64,000 nt of DNA, taken from NCBI GenBank assembly GCA_003978765.1, contig QNYO01000025.1, positions 7,303 through 71,302 on the forward strand. Reading direction: 5' to 3'. Under the pieces are notes generated by a model, which worked only from the letters and a program-made list of their open reading frames with translations, searched no databases and was not told the DNA's origin. Positions 9,659-19,927 of this stretch are shown piece after piece. This stretch comes from Hydrogenimonas sp. (lineage in GTDB: Bacteria; Campylobacterota; Campylobacteria; Campylobacterales; Hydrogenimonadaceae). The position numbers and the translations under genes are program-made. Each line of letters begins with the position of its first letter. The first letter of the stretch is position 1.

Positions 9659-12599
9659 TATGAATCGTCTATTACAACGTCAACTCAAAAGAGCATTTGG
9701 TAAGGATGTCGATCTTGCAAGCTTACCTGAAGAGATACAAAAGCTTTTAAAAGATATTGAAGCAAGTTATGAGAACTTTGAGAAAGAGAAACGGCTCCTT
9801 GAACATACGATTCAAGTCAACTCCGATGAGTTAAATGAAGCCTATAAGATTATTGAAAAACATAATCAGACACTCAAAGAGGAGGTAAAGACCAAAAGTC
9901 ATATCCTCGAACAGTATAAAGAGGCGATGGATCAATCACTTCTAATCTCTAAGACCGATCCATCAGGACGTATCACCTATGCCAATGATCTCTTCTGTGA
10001 AATTAGTGGATACAGTCGTGAAGAGTTGATTGGTAAACCACACAGTATTGTACGCCACCCCGACTCCGACCCTGTACTCTTCAAAAAGATGTGGGATACG
10101 ATTCTTGCCAAAAAGATTTGGCGAGGTGAGCTCAAAAATCGGCGTAAAGATGGTACATCTTACTATGTTAATACCACCATCTTACCTCTCATCAATCCTC
10201 AAGGAGAGATTGAAGAGTTTATTGCACTGCGTCAAGATATTACCGACCGTGTCATCGCTGAGATCAATCTTGATCGCCAACGCCGTTACAACCAGATGCT
10301 CTTTGAACATCAAGAGAATATTGTCATTACTGCCAATGAAGCTGAAGGGGTGATCTCTGCCAATCACAACTTCTTTGAGACCTTCGGCTTTAAAGATATG
10401 GAAGATTTTAAATCCAAATATCAATGTATCTGTGATCTCTTTATTGAAAAAGAGGGGTACCTTCCACCAAGCAAAGATGGCGTCTATTGGGCAGAAATTA
10501 TTCTTAAAAACCCCAAAAAACAGCATAAAGCACTTATGCGTAATGCATCAGGTGAAGAGCGTATCTTTAATGTTGCTCTTAGGGAAATTAGCTTTGATAA
10601 TGAACCCTTTGTCATTGCCAGCTTTACCGACATTACAGAGCTTGAAGAGGCACGCCGAAGGGCTGAAGCGTCAGAGAAGGCCAAAGCTGTCTTTATGGCC
10701 AATATGAGTCATGAGATCCGAACACCAATGAATGGTATTATCGGCTTTACCCAACTGCTTCAACAGAGCAATCTCACGGTACGTCAAAAGCGTTTTGTCA
10801 CACTCATTGAGCAATCCACCAAAACACTTCTTGGTATTGTCAACGATATTCTTGACTTCTCTAAAATTGAGAGTGGTAAGCTTGAACTTGATTATGTTCC
10901 AACAAACCCCTTTATCGATCTACGTGATGCCATTGCAATCTTCTATGGAAAAGCACGTGAAAAGAGTATCTCGTTACAAATTACAATCGATCCAAATATT
11001 GGTGAGTGTTTACTGATGGATCATCTGCGTGTAACACAAATTCTTACCAACCTGATCAATAATGCGATTAAATTTACACCTGAAAATGGTGTGGTTGCTG
11101 TCGATATTATCTCTCTTGGTCGTACAGAGAATAAAGAGTCTGTCCAATTCTCTGTTCGTGATACAGGTATCGGAATTCCAGAGGATCGTTTGGACAAAAT
11201 TTTTGAGCCATTTACTCAAGCAGATGCCAGTACCACACGCAACTTTGGAGGTACAGGATTAGGTTTAAGTATTAGTGCATCACTCTGTACACTTATGGGA
11301 GGTAAGCTACAAGTTGAAAGTACCGTAGGTAAAGGGAGCCACTTCTACTTCTCCCTCGAATTTGAACGATGCGAATCGAACAAAATTCTTTCGGAACAGA
11401 TTCAGAATAAACCAGTCTATGTCATCCAATCAAGTAATGAGATGTTTATCAGTGTCCTTCAACAACTCAACCATTTTGGCGTCTTTTACCAAATCATCCC
11501 TCCACAAATTCTTGATCAGATGGAGAAGAATCATATCACCTTCATCTTTGAAGCAGAGCTTTATGATCAGGTAAAAGATTTAACATCCAATATTATCTTA
11601 ATTGACAACTCTGAAGCTGCAGCCAATATTGCCAAACATGATACCAATGTCTTCCATATCTCTGCCTATCAAGAGTGTCCATCAATCATCTATAACGCCA
11701 TGCTGACACTCAATGCAATTCCTGAAACACAGAAGAAGGGAACCAAAAAATCTTCTCAGATGAACCTCAAAGTCCTTGTGGCTGAAGATTACGATATTAA
11801 CCGCATTCTAATTGAAGAGATGTTGGCAAAATATAGTATCGTGCCTGACTTTGCACTTGATGGTGCTGAAGCGGTTGAAATGGCTCTTCGCGAACACTAC
11901 GATCTCATTCTCATGGATATCAATATGCCCAATATGAACGGAATCGATGCTACCAAAAAGCTGCGTGAACTTGGTATTACTACCCCTATCGTTGCCCTCA
12001 CTGCCAATGCACTTGAGGGGGATGCCGAGCGCTTTATGGCAGTCGGTATGGATGACTATATCAGTAAACCGATCGACTGGGACAAACTCAATAGCGTCTT
12101 AACCCACTATCATAAGCAGTTAAATGAACAGGCTAAAGCAGATAAAGATGACAATGGTTCAGATGAGAGTGAAGGCAAAGAGGAGATAAAAACTCAAAAT
12201 AGTAAGACAAACAACAAAGACTCTATCGATCCAACCATTGAAATAACAGTCACCTCTCTATTAGAGGCACAATCAAAACTCCACTTTCCACTACAGGTGA
12301 TTGAAAAGCTCTTTAGAAAGTTTGTGGATACCAGTTTAGAGAGCCTTGCACAGATGAAAGCAGCCCTTGAGAGCAATGATCTGCAAACAATTCAAGAGCG
12401 TGCCCATGCCATTCGTGGTATCGCCCTCTCACTACAACTCAATGAGGTCAGTGAGCTTTGTGATATCCTTGAATATGGTGCCAAAGATAGAGAAGCGATC
12501 GACTATCGCATGTTAGTCAATCAACTCTCTGATACACTGATGGCACTTCAAAACCATTGTGAAGCGATTATTCGTCAACTCCATACCCACGCTTCATAA
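9645..12599 (+). CDS. Hybrid sensor histidine kinase (PAS-PAS-HisKA-HATPase-REC-Hpt)
   Basis: PAS (YANDLF, WRGELKNRRKDG), FMANMSHEIRTPMNG, DTGIG, GGTGLGL, REC (LMDINMP), Hpt HAIRG; true start may be 9651 or 9660. Confidence 0.93.
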   Translation: MRMSNMNRLLQRQLKRAFGKDVDLASLPEEIQKLLKDIEASYENFEKEKRLLEHTIQVNSDELNEAYKIIEKHNQTLKEEVKTKSHILEQYKEAMDQSLLISKTDPSGRITYANDLFCEISGYSREELIGKPHSIVRHPDSDPVLFKKMWDTILAKKIWRGELKNRRKDGTSYYVNTTILPLINPQGEIEEFIALRQDITDRVIAEINLDRQRRYNQMLFEHQENIVITANEAEGVISANHNFFETFGFKDMEDFKSKYQCICDLFIEKEGYLPPSKDGVYWAEIILKNPKKQHKALMRNASGEERIFNVALREISFDNEPFVIASFTDITELEEARRRAEASEKAKAVFMANMSHEIRTPMNGIIGFTQLLQQSNLTVRQKRFVTLIEQSTKTLLGIVNDILDFSKIESGKLELDYVPTNPFIDLRDAIAIFYGKAREKSISLQITIDPNIGECLLMDHLRVTQILTNLINNAIKFTPENGVVAVDIISLGRTENKESVQFSVRDTGIGIPEDRLDKIFEPFTQADASTTRNFGGTGLGLSISASLCTLMGGKLQVESTVGKGSHFYFSLEFERCESNKILSEQIQNKPVYVIQSSNEMFISVLQQLNHFGVFYQIIPPQILDQMEKNHITFIFEAELYDQVKDLTSNIILIDNSEAAANIAKHDTNVFHISAYQECPSIIYNAMLTLNAIPETQKKGTKKSSQMNLKVLVAEDYDINRILIEEMLAKYSIVPDFALDGAEAVEMALREHYDLILMDINMPNMNGIDATKKLRELGITTPIVALTANALEGDAERFMAVGMDDYISKPIDWDKLNSVLTHYHKQLNEQAKADKDDNGSDESEGKEEIKTQNSKTNNKDSIDPTIEITVTSLLEAQSKLHFPLQVIEKLFRKFVDTSLESLAQMKAALESNDLQTIQERAHAIRGIALSLQLNEVSELCDILEYGAKDREAIDYRMLVNQLSDTLMALQNHCEAIIRQLHTHAS

Positions 12600-12603
12600 G
12601 AGA

Positions 12604-13782
12604 TTACGCCTCTGATCCTTTCCCTTTAAGGATCAGTAGCGTCACATCATCGATCTGTTCTTCATCGATAAACTCATTAAAGGCTTGAGTAATCGCAGTC
12701 ACTTGAGATTTTGCATCAAGATGGTTAGATGCCTCAAAAATCTTATAGATACGATCTCCAAACATCTCACCATCAGCATTCTCCCCCTCAATAATACCAT
12801 CGGTATAAAGAAGAATTGAGCTCTCTGGACCAAAAGAGGTCTCAAGTGCATGATAGGGCATACCTGCTTGAATACCAAGAGGAATACCGCTAATATGCTT
12901 CATGGTAGGATGTCCAATAGGATCATAGTGCCCTGCATTAACCGACTCCATCACTCTACGACGATGATCAAAACGTAAAAAGAGTGCTGTAATAAACATC
13001 GAAGAGTCGCGATTATCATTACTAAAAATGTTATTAATCCGCTCCACACTCTCTGATAGACTATGCGAACTATTCATCAATTCCGTATGCACAAGCGTTC
13101 TAAACTGCATGGCAATCAAAGCTGAAGCAAAGCCATGCCCTGAAACATCAGCCATCACAATCACCGTATAATTTCCACACTCTGTTTCAAAAATATCAAA
13201 ATAGTCTCCCCCTACTTCAGAGGCCTGTTCGCACTTTCCAAAGACTTCAAGATCGGGATAGTGAGGAAACTCTTTAGGCAATAGACTCTGCTGAATCTCC
13301 CGTGCAAGTGATAACTCCTGTTGCATCTTTGCAAAGCGGGTCAACTGTCGCTCTTTTTTTGCAATCTCCTCCTCTAACCGTTCATTAAAGAAGCGTTGCA
13401 GATCATTATACTTTTTGAGTTTCAGTAGGTTATTCACCTTTAAGCGAAGCTCAATGACATCAATCGGTTTCGAGAGAAAATCTTCTGCTCCTATCTCTAA
13501 AGCTTTATAGCGCTCTTCATTTTGTGCGGTGACAACAATGACAGGAATATACTTCAACTCCTCATCAGCTTTAAGATGGGTTAAAACTTGCAACCCATCC
13601 ATCTGTGGCATCGAAATATCAAGAATGATCAAATCAATAGAACGCTCACCCACAATTTGAAGTGCTTCATAGCCATTTTCTGCACGAATCGTCTCAATAT
13701 CAGTGAGCTCGACCAGTGAAAATTCGAGAAGATCGAGATTAAATGACTCATCATCAACTATCAAAATCTTATTATCTTGCAT
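12604..13782 (-). CDS. Response regulator with SpoIIE/PP2C phosphatase output (RsbU/RsbY-like)
   Basis: N-terminal REC (ILIVDDE, LDISMP, KP); VGGDYFD, ADVSGHG, YTDGIIE, DDVTLL. Confidence 0.92.
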   Translation of the reverse strand: MQDNKILIVDDESFNLDLLEFSLVELTDIETIRAENGYEALQIVGERSIDLIILDISMPQMDGLQVLTHLKADEELKYIPVIVVTAQNEERYKALEIGAEDFLSKPIDVIELRLKVNNLLKLKKYNDLQRFFNERLEEEIAKKERQLTRFAKMQQELSLAREIQQSLLPKEFPHYPDLEVFGKCEQASEVGGDYFDIFETECGNYTVIVMADVSGHGFASALIAMQFRTLVHTELMNSSHSLSESVERINNIFSNDNRDSSMFITALFLRFDHRRRVMESVNAGHYDPIGHPTMKHISGIPLGIQAGMPYHALETSFGPESSILLYTDGIIEGENADGEMFGDRIYKIFEASNHLDAKSQVTAITQAFNEFIDEEQIDDVTLLILKGKGSEA

Positions 13783-13936
13783 TCTTTAATATCCTACCTT
13801 AAAACATTGCAAACTTATTGTAGCATGCGATACACGAACAATCAATCTTTTTTCTATCAATCTTTACAATATTTGTATGAAATAGAGAGATATAGATTCT
13901 CTATGAGAAATAGATTCGGAAATATAGAAAAAAAGT

Positions 13937-13963
13937 TTAAGTTTTTTACAAATTATCCGATCT
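13937..13963 (+). promoter_or_regulatory. Putative sigma-28 (FliA) promoter
   Basis: TTAAGTTT-N11-TCCGATCT resembles TAAAGTTT-N11-GCCGATAA, about 30 nt upstream of ATG 13993. Confidence 0.55.
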
Positions 13964-13992
13964 ATTTTCAGATCAATAGTAAAGGATTTATC

Positions 13993-14679
13993 ATGTTTAA
14001 CCTGATGATTGTAGGCGCTATTGCACTGATACTCATCCTCTTAGTCGGTTTATTAGTGATCATTTTAAAAGAGTACCGACGAGGAGATGAGGAGTTTGAT
14101 GACTTTATCAAACAGACATCTTCCGACCTCTCTTCAGAAACTGAATCATCACACACTCCATCCAACCAAGAGCCATCTCCAACTGAACAACCAACCCCTC
14201 AAAAACAGACATCTGATGATGCCAAACCATCAGAACCGATCTCTGTCATCCCTGCTATGGAGACAGAGCCTAAGGAGCAGATACCAGAACCCACCCCTAC
14301 TCCCAACCCCAACCAAGAGCTTATCCATTCGATTGAGACCAAAGAGTATGCGGCATTTAAGCATGACCGACTGATTGAGATGGGACTCTCCCATGAAGAG
14401 GCTGATGAGTTTGTAATTGAACTGGTCCATCAACTTGAAGAGGCAGTTGATCAGATTGAAACAGCACTTCTACACAATGAACTCTCTAAAGTTGAACACA
14501 TTACTCACGGAATTAAGGGGGCAGCATCCAATGTTGGAACGGGTGGAGTAACCGATCTGTTAGTTGACTACAACACCTATATGAAAAGTGGTCGAGACAT
14601 TACAATTATTCAAGCCTACCAGAAGCGTCTAAAAGAGTGTATAAGCGATTTAAAGGTAGAATTCTCCCAAGTTGCCTAA
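13993..14679 (+). CDS. Membrane-anchored Hpt phosphotransfer protein with Pro/Ser-rich linker
   Basis: N-terminal TM helix after AAAGGA RBS, low-complexity linker, C-terminal HGIKGAASNVG Hpt motif. Confidence 0.82.
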   Translation: MFNLMIVGAIALILILLVGLLVIILKEYRRGDEEFDDFIKQTSSDLSSETESSHTPSNQEPSPTEQPTPQKQTSDDAKPSEPISVIPAMETEPKEQIPEPTPTPNPNQELIHSIETKEYAAFKHDRLIEMGLSHEEADEFVIELVHQLEEAVDQIETALLHNELSKVEHITHGIKGAASNVGTGGVTDLLVDYNTYMKSGRDITIIQAYQKRLKECISDLKVEFSQVA

Positions 14680-14688
14680 AGGTTGGGA

Positions 14689-15204
14689 ATGCAAAAACGC
14701 AACATTCTCCTCATTGGTTTTATGGGGGTTGGTAAAGGTACTTTAGCAAGAGAGTTGGTACGACATGACGCCTCTTTATATGCCATCGATACCGATGATA
14801 TGATTGAGAGTCTTACCAATACAAAGATCAAAAAGATCTTTGCGACAGCAGGTGAAGAGGCGTTTCGAGCCTATGAACAGAAGACAGCCGACTGGTTAGC
14901 CAAGAATATCTCCAATGCTGTGATCTCAACAGGTGGTGGCTTCTACAAAGTTCATAATCTTAAAGCCATTGGTACAGTTGTCTATCTGAAAGCCGATTTT
15001 GAATGGATTCTTCAACGTATTTTCAATGCACACAATGCAAAAAAGAAGTTAAAAAAGCGACCACTCTTTAAAGATGTTGATAAAGCCAAAGCACTCTTTC
15101 ATGAGAGAGAAAAGGCGTATGAAGCGGTTGCCGACATCATCGTCGATGTCAGCAACCGTGAAGTGGCAGAGATTGCCAAAGAGATTTTAGAGAGAGTCTC
15201 TTAG
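14689..15204 (+). CDS. aroK: Shikimate kinase
   Basis: LIGFMGVGKGT, DTD, GEEAFR, STGGG, RPL. Confidence 0.93.
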   Translation: MQKRNILLIGFMGVGKGTLARELVRHDASLYAIDTDDMIESLTNTKIKKIFATAGEEAFRAYEQKTADWLAKNISNAVISTGGGFYKVHNLKAIGTVVYLKADFEWILQRIFNAHNAKKKLKKRPLFKDVDKAKALFHEREKAYEAVADIIVDVSNREVAEIAKEILERVS

Positions 15205-15752
15205 CAGTAGTCTGCCAAGAGTCCTTCACGAAGCTGTTGATAGGTCTCTTCACCCACCAGTTTACGAACAATCGCCAATCCAAAACAGATCGATGTACCA
15301 GGTCCACGAGATGTCATCACATTACCATCAATGACAACCTTCTCCTGATCGGTGTACCCTTCTGTTCCAATCTGCTCTTCAACACTTGGATAGCATGTAT
15401 AGCGATCATTCAATACGCCAGCCTGTTTGAGAGCAAATGGCGCCGCACAGATCGCTCCTACCATCTTCTCTTTTGCCTTCATATCACGAAGAAGTTGTTG
15501 AACCGTCTCATTGTCAGCAAGAACATGTGTTCCGCCCCAGCCTCCGGGTAAAACAACCATATCAAGATCATCGGCTGAGACCTCTTTGATATCGGTATCA
15601 GCTTGGATGGTAATGCCATTGGCTCCTGTGACCAACGATGCACCAACACCTGCAACAACAACTTCAATGCCGGCACGTCGCATCACATCAATGAGACTAA
15701 CTGCTTCAATCTCTTCAAACCCTTCTGCCAACGGTACACAAACTTTTGCCAT
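15201..15752 (-). CDS. DJ-1/YajL/ThiJ family deglycase
   Basis: GFEEIEA, LPGG, AICAAP, TSRGPGT. Confidence 0.93.
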   Translation of the reverse strand: MAKVCVPLAEGFEEIEAVSLIDVMRRAGIEVVVAGVGASLVTGANGITIQADTDIKEVSADDLDMVVLPGGWGGTHVLADNETVQQLLRDMKAKEKMVGAICAAPFALKQAGVLNDRYTCYPSVEEQIGTEGYTDQEKVVIDGNVMTSRGPGTSICFGLAIVRKLVGEETYQQLREGLLADYC

Positions 15753-15802
15753 CTTCTCTCCTTTTGTCGATGATCGCCTGATAAAACGTTTCAGACTACC
15801 GC

Positions 15803-16372
15803 TTATTTTACCTTATCGAGATATTTACCCTCTACGGTATCGACACGAATCATATCACCTTCAAGAATGTGGTATGGAACCTGTACGACAGCACCTGTTT
15901 TAAGAGTTGCCGGTTTTCGGCTTCCACTTGATGTATCCCCTTTAAAGTTTGGTGGTGTCTCAACCACTTCAAGCTCAACCACTTGTGGAAGCTCTACACT
16001 AATCGGTTTACCATTGTGAAAGAGAATATCGACAGTAAATCCCTCATCCATGAATTTAATAACATCTTCACCAACTTGTTCATGGGTCAACCCAATCTGC
16101 TCATAGGTTGTTGTATCCATGAACTGAAGCATTTCACCATCATCATAGAGATACTGCATTGTCTTCTGTTCAAGGTTTGGTGTTTCAAACTTGTCACCAG
16201 CATGAACAGTCTTCTCAATCACCCGTCCTGTTGAGAGCGATCGAATCTTAATACGAACAAATGCCGCACCTTTACCTGGTTTAACATGTTGATACTCAAT
16301 GACACGATAAGGTTGTCCGTCAATTTCGAGTCGGACCCCTTTTTTCAGATCACCCATGCCGATAGTTGCCAT
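15803..16372 (-). CDS. efp: Translation elongation factor P
   Basis: [23 protein letters not shown]. Confidence 0.97.
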   Translation of the reverse strand: MATIGMGDLKKGVRLEIDGQPYRVIEYQHVKPGKGAAFVRIKIRSLSTGRVIEKTVHAGDKFETPNLEQKTMQYLYDDGEMLQFMDTTTYEQIGLTHEQVGEDVIKFMDEGFTVDILFHNGKPISVELPQVVELEVVETPPNFKGDTSSGSRKPATLKTGAVVQVPYHILEGDMIRVDTVEGKYLDKVK

Positions 16373-16404
16373 GATTACTCCTCAAAATTTTGAGGGTATT
16401 TTAT

Positions 16405-16605
16405 CTAAAAAAACTTGGAGAAAAGGTAAAAGAGGATCGAAAGGATAATAGAAAAGAGGAGTGAGGTCGCAACTGGAAAGTAGAAGGTAAAGTTCTCTCT
16501 TTTAATCACAATATCTCCGGGCAGTTTGCCTACAATAGAGACAAAAAGCCCGAAGAGAATAAGAATAACACCAAGAATAATAAGCAGACGCCCTATATCA
16601 GGCAT
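16405..16605 (-). CDS. DUF2905 small membrane protein
   Basis: G.LPGDI.I...NF.FYFP..TS motif between two TM helices. Confidence 0.85.
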   Translation of the reverse strand: MPDIGRLLIILGVILILFGLFVSIVGKLPGDIVIKRENFTFYFPVATSLLFSIILSILFYLFSKFF

Positions 16606-18289
16606 TCTGCTCTCTATTTTTATCAAAATCCATCGCTTTGGAACGGTACATCAAAACAGGAATAAAGATCAGCGATACAATCACCGCTGCAACCGTTCCT
16701 GAGATGAGTGCCACACCCAGTCCACCAAAGATTGGGTCACTTGCAAGAAGTGCTGAACCAAGAATAATAGCAATAGCCGTCAACATAATCGGTTTTGCCC
16801 GTGTTGCACTTGCAATAGCAATCGCATGCTGTTTATCAAACCCCTTCTCTTCCATCAATGATTTGGCAAAATCAACAAGCAAGAGAGAGTTCCGTGAGCT
16901 AATACCCATCAATGCGATAAATCCAATCAATGATGTTGCTGTCAAGAAGAAGGTATGCTCTGTCACCAAATCAGCCACCCAGTGACCAATGATAACACCG
17001 ATAATCGAAAGGAAGCTACCTGCCAAGACAATCCCACTGATGGTAAAGTTTTTATAGTAAACAACCAACAAGAGGAAGATCAAAATAAGTGCGGCAATAA
17101 AGGCAGCACCAAGATCTCTAAAGGTATCGAGTGTCACCTTCATCTCACCATCCCACTTCAGATCAAAGACTTCACCACTCTTTTTATCTTTCAGACGCAA
17201 GTTAAAGAGATAGTCGGTGGTTGTAATCTCATACTGATCAGCAAGCTCCGTCATAATCTTCTCACGTGCGTCAAGCAGTGGATAGACTTGGGAAACGAGG
17301 TCAGTCTCTGCTGTCACATTGATCATACGGCGCAGATCTTTTTGCATAAGTGTTGGTGAAGCATCCACCTCTTTAATGGTCACCACCTCATTCATTGGAA
17401 CCAACATCCCCTTTTGGTTCATCAACTTCAATGAAGCAAGTTTACTCTGAAGCGATGCGATACTTTGATCATGCAGACGGCGTGTCGTATCGCTAAGGCG
17501 TACAAAGAGACCAATCTGATCAGGATAGTTACGACTATTTTTATGCGCTACAACCATACCTTCAAAAGCGAGATAGAGGATCTTATTGACCTGCTCTACA
17601 CTCAAACCAGAGCGTGCAATCTTATCGGCATTTGGGATGAGTTCATACTTTTTGTAAGGATCATCTGCCATCACATCCACATCGGCAAGCCCCTCTGTCT
17701 TTTTAAAGATTTCAGCCACCTTTTGGCTCAAGGCATAGGTACTTGCATAGTTATCCCCATAGATTTCAGCCACAACAGCAGCAAGGGTTGGTGGTCCAGC
17801 TGGCTGTTCGACCATCTGAATCACTGTCCCCTCTTTGATCGCTTCACAGTTGGCTTTAATCGTAGGGCGCAAGCGGTGAACCATCATAAAAGATGGCTCT
17901 TCACGCTCATGCTTATCGGTCAAGTTAACAACAATCTCAGCAACATTTTCACTATTTTTAAATGCCGAACCCTTGACCAACCCTGCATAATCAAGAGGTG
18001 CCCCTTGACCAAGATAGACTTCAATATCGGTCACCTCTGGCTCTTTTTGTAAGAGTGAAACCACACACTCACTAATCTTGCGAGTCTCTTCAATCGAAGC
18101 TTGGGTTGGTGCATTGACATAGATTGAGAATGTATTGGCACTCTTACCTGGGAGCATCTTTGCCAAAACAATCTTTGTTGGAAGCATCATAACTGACCCA
18201 GCAAGTGCCAAGAGGGTCAGCAGAATCACTGTCCACTGCTTTCTTTTCGATCCAAGAATGTTAAAGATAAATTGTTCAAACCGTTTCAT
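16598..18289 (-). CDS. RND efflux permease, C-terminal half (split AcrB/AcrD/AcrF family)
   Basis: PAGPP, GFIALMGISSRNSLLLVDF, TRAKPIMLT; own RBS GGAGG and ATGA overlap with the upstream half. Confidence 0.88.
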   Translation of the reverse strand: MKRFEQFIFNILGSKRKQWTVILLTLLALAGSVMMLPTKIVLAKMLPGKSANTFSIYVNAPTQASIEETRKISECVVSLLQKEPEVTDIEVYLGQGAPLDYAGLVKGSAFKNSENVAEIVVNLTDKHEREEPSFMMVHRLRPTIKANCEAIKEGTVIQMVEQPAGPPTLAAVVAEIYGDNYASTYALSQKVAEIFKKTEGLADVDVMADDPYKKYELIPNADKIARSGLSVEQVNKILYLAFEGMVVAHKNSRNYPDQIGLFVRLSDTTRRLHDQSIASLQSKLASLKLMNQKGMLVPMNEVVTIKEVDASPTLMQKDLRRMINVTAETDLVSQVYPLLDAREKIMTELADQYEITTTDYLFNLRLKDKKSGEVFDLKWDGEMKVTLDTFRDLGAAFIAALILIFLLLVVYYKNFTISGIVLAGSFLSIIGVIIGHWVADLVTEHTFFLTATSLIGFIALMGISSRNSLLLVDFAKSLMEEKGFDKQHAIAIASATRAKPIMLTAIAIILGSALLASDPIFGGLGVALISGTVAAVIVSLIFIPVLMYRSKAMDFDKNREQNA

Positions 18290-19917
18290 TCAGCACCTCC
18301 TTGTGCCTTTGTTCCATCTTTTTGCCAATGGTGCTGATGGTGATGCATATGTGGCTTTTTAAGGAGTCGTCGTCCCAGATATGGGGTGAAGATATAGGCA
18401 ACAACCAATGACGCAACAAGTGCAACAGGTACATTGGCTGGAATCGGTTTCATAAACTGTCCCATCATACCGCCAACAAATGCCATCGGAACCATTGTAA
18501 GAATAATTGCCAATGTTGCAATATTGGTTGGTGCACCAATCTCATCTGTCGCCTCTACCATAATGGTATCCATATCTTTATCCACGGCATCATGTGAATG
18601 AAGATGGCGGTGAATATTTTCGATAACAATAATGGCAGCATCGACCAAAAGCCCCAAAGAGAGCAAGAAGGCAAAGAGTGTAATACGGTTAATTGTCTGT
18701 CCACTCAAATAGGCGATAAAGAGTGTAATCGCAAGAATTGCTGGTACGGTAAAGGTGACAATCAATGACTCTTTCCATCCAAGGAAGAAGATTAGCATCA
18801 CTGAAATAATGACAATTGTAATCAAAATATGATCGACCAACTCATTCACCGCATCATTAGCACGTTTTCCATAGTCACGTGTAATAGTAAATCCAACACC
18901 AGCCTTTTCAAGCTGTGGTTTATACGCCTCCATACGCTCTTTAACCTCATTGGCAATCGTAACAGCATTGGCACCTGCTAACTTACCAAGTGTGAGTGTC
19001 ACCGCAGGCTTCAAAGCTTCAAAGCCATTTTGATGGCGTTCAGAGATTGCAACACTCTTGAAGTTCTGAATATCGCTTCCTGCTGTGACACTTGCAATAT
19101 TTTTCAGATAGATTGGAGAGCCTTGATATTGAGCAACAATGAGGCTTTCGACATCACGAACACTCTCAATCGCATTTTTAACACCAAAGATCACCAATTT
19201 TCCATCCTGTGTACGCCCTTTGACATCAGGAACATCAACCGCAAGGGCTTGAATCGCTTGAACAATCTGTCCCAATGAAAGGTGGTATCCAGAGAGCTTT
19301 CCAAGATCGATCTGAATATTGTACTGCTCCTTACGCCCCCCTTTGATCTCTGTCTTTGAGACATTCTCAATACGGTTCAAGTCTTGCTGAATCTCTCGGA
19401 CAATCTTAAAGAGTTCAGGGTCGCTAATCTTAGCACCCTCTTTTTTATAGAAGGTAATTGCCATAATTGGAATATCAATATCGACATCAAATGGCTTCAC
19501 AATCGGTTTCATCGTCCCTTTTGGGAGCATATCCATATTCTGCATTACTTTATCGTAGAGGTTAAGGTTTGCCTTCTCGCGATCCTCACCGATAAAGTAC
19601 ATGACATTGACGACACCCACATTGTTCATCGCAATCCCATAGACATGCTCAACACCCTTAATCTCACGAATCTTTCGCTCTAAAGGATTGACAATAATAT
19701 TCTCAACCTCTCTGGGGGTTGCACCAGGCATAGGGACAATAATTGTTCCGCCAGCTACGGCAATTTGTGGATCCTCTTCTCTGGGCATAATCTCAAGTGA
19801 GATATAACCAATGACCAATAGAAAGATACCTAAAAGCATCGTTAATGGATTGTGCAAGAAACCGAGAGCCAGTTTTCCTGCAACATCCTTAGGTTGATAG
19901 CGTGTACTCTCTTGCAT
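18286..19917 (-). CDS. RND efflux permease, N-terminal half
   Basis: PREEDPQI, PGATP.EVE, INRITLFA, GLLVDAAIIVIENI; His-rich C-terminus. Confidence 0.88.
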   Translation of the reverse strand: MQESTRYQPKDVAGKLALGFLHNPLTMLLGIFLLVIGYISLEIMPREEDPQIAVAGGTIIVPMPGATPREVENIIVNPLERKIREIKGVEHVYGIAMNNVGVVNVMYFIGEDREKANLNLYDKVMQNMDMLPKGTMKPIVKPFDVDIDIPIMAITFYKKEGAKISDPELFKIVREIQQDLNRIENVSKTEIKGGRKEQYNIQIDLGKLSGYHLSLGQIVQAIQALAVDVPDVKGRTQDGKLVIFGVKNAIESVRDVESLIVAQYQGSPIYLKNIASVTAGSDIQNFKSVAISERHQNGFEALKPAVTLTLGKLAGANAVTIANEVKERMEAYKPQLEKAGVGFTITRDYGKRANDAVNELVDHILITIVIISVMLIFFLGWKESLIVTFTVPAILAITLFIAYLSGQTINRITLFAFLLSLGLLVDAAIIVIENIHRHLHSHDAVDKDMDTIMVEATDEIGAPTNIATLAIILTMVPMAFVGGMMGQFMKPIPANVPVALVASLVVAYIFTPYLGRRLLKKPHMHHHQHHWQKDGTKAQGGAE

Positions 19918-19927
19918 AGGCTACCCT

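Noticed and set aside
13777-13992. N-terminal extension of the 300-aa ORF in the ORF track
   Set aside because: It runs through an AT-rich promoter region; the RBS and TM helix support a start at 13993.
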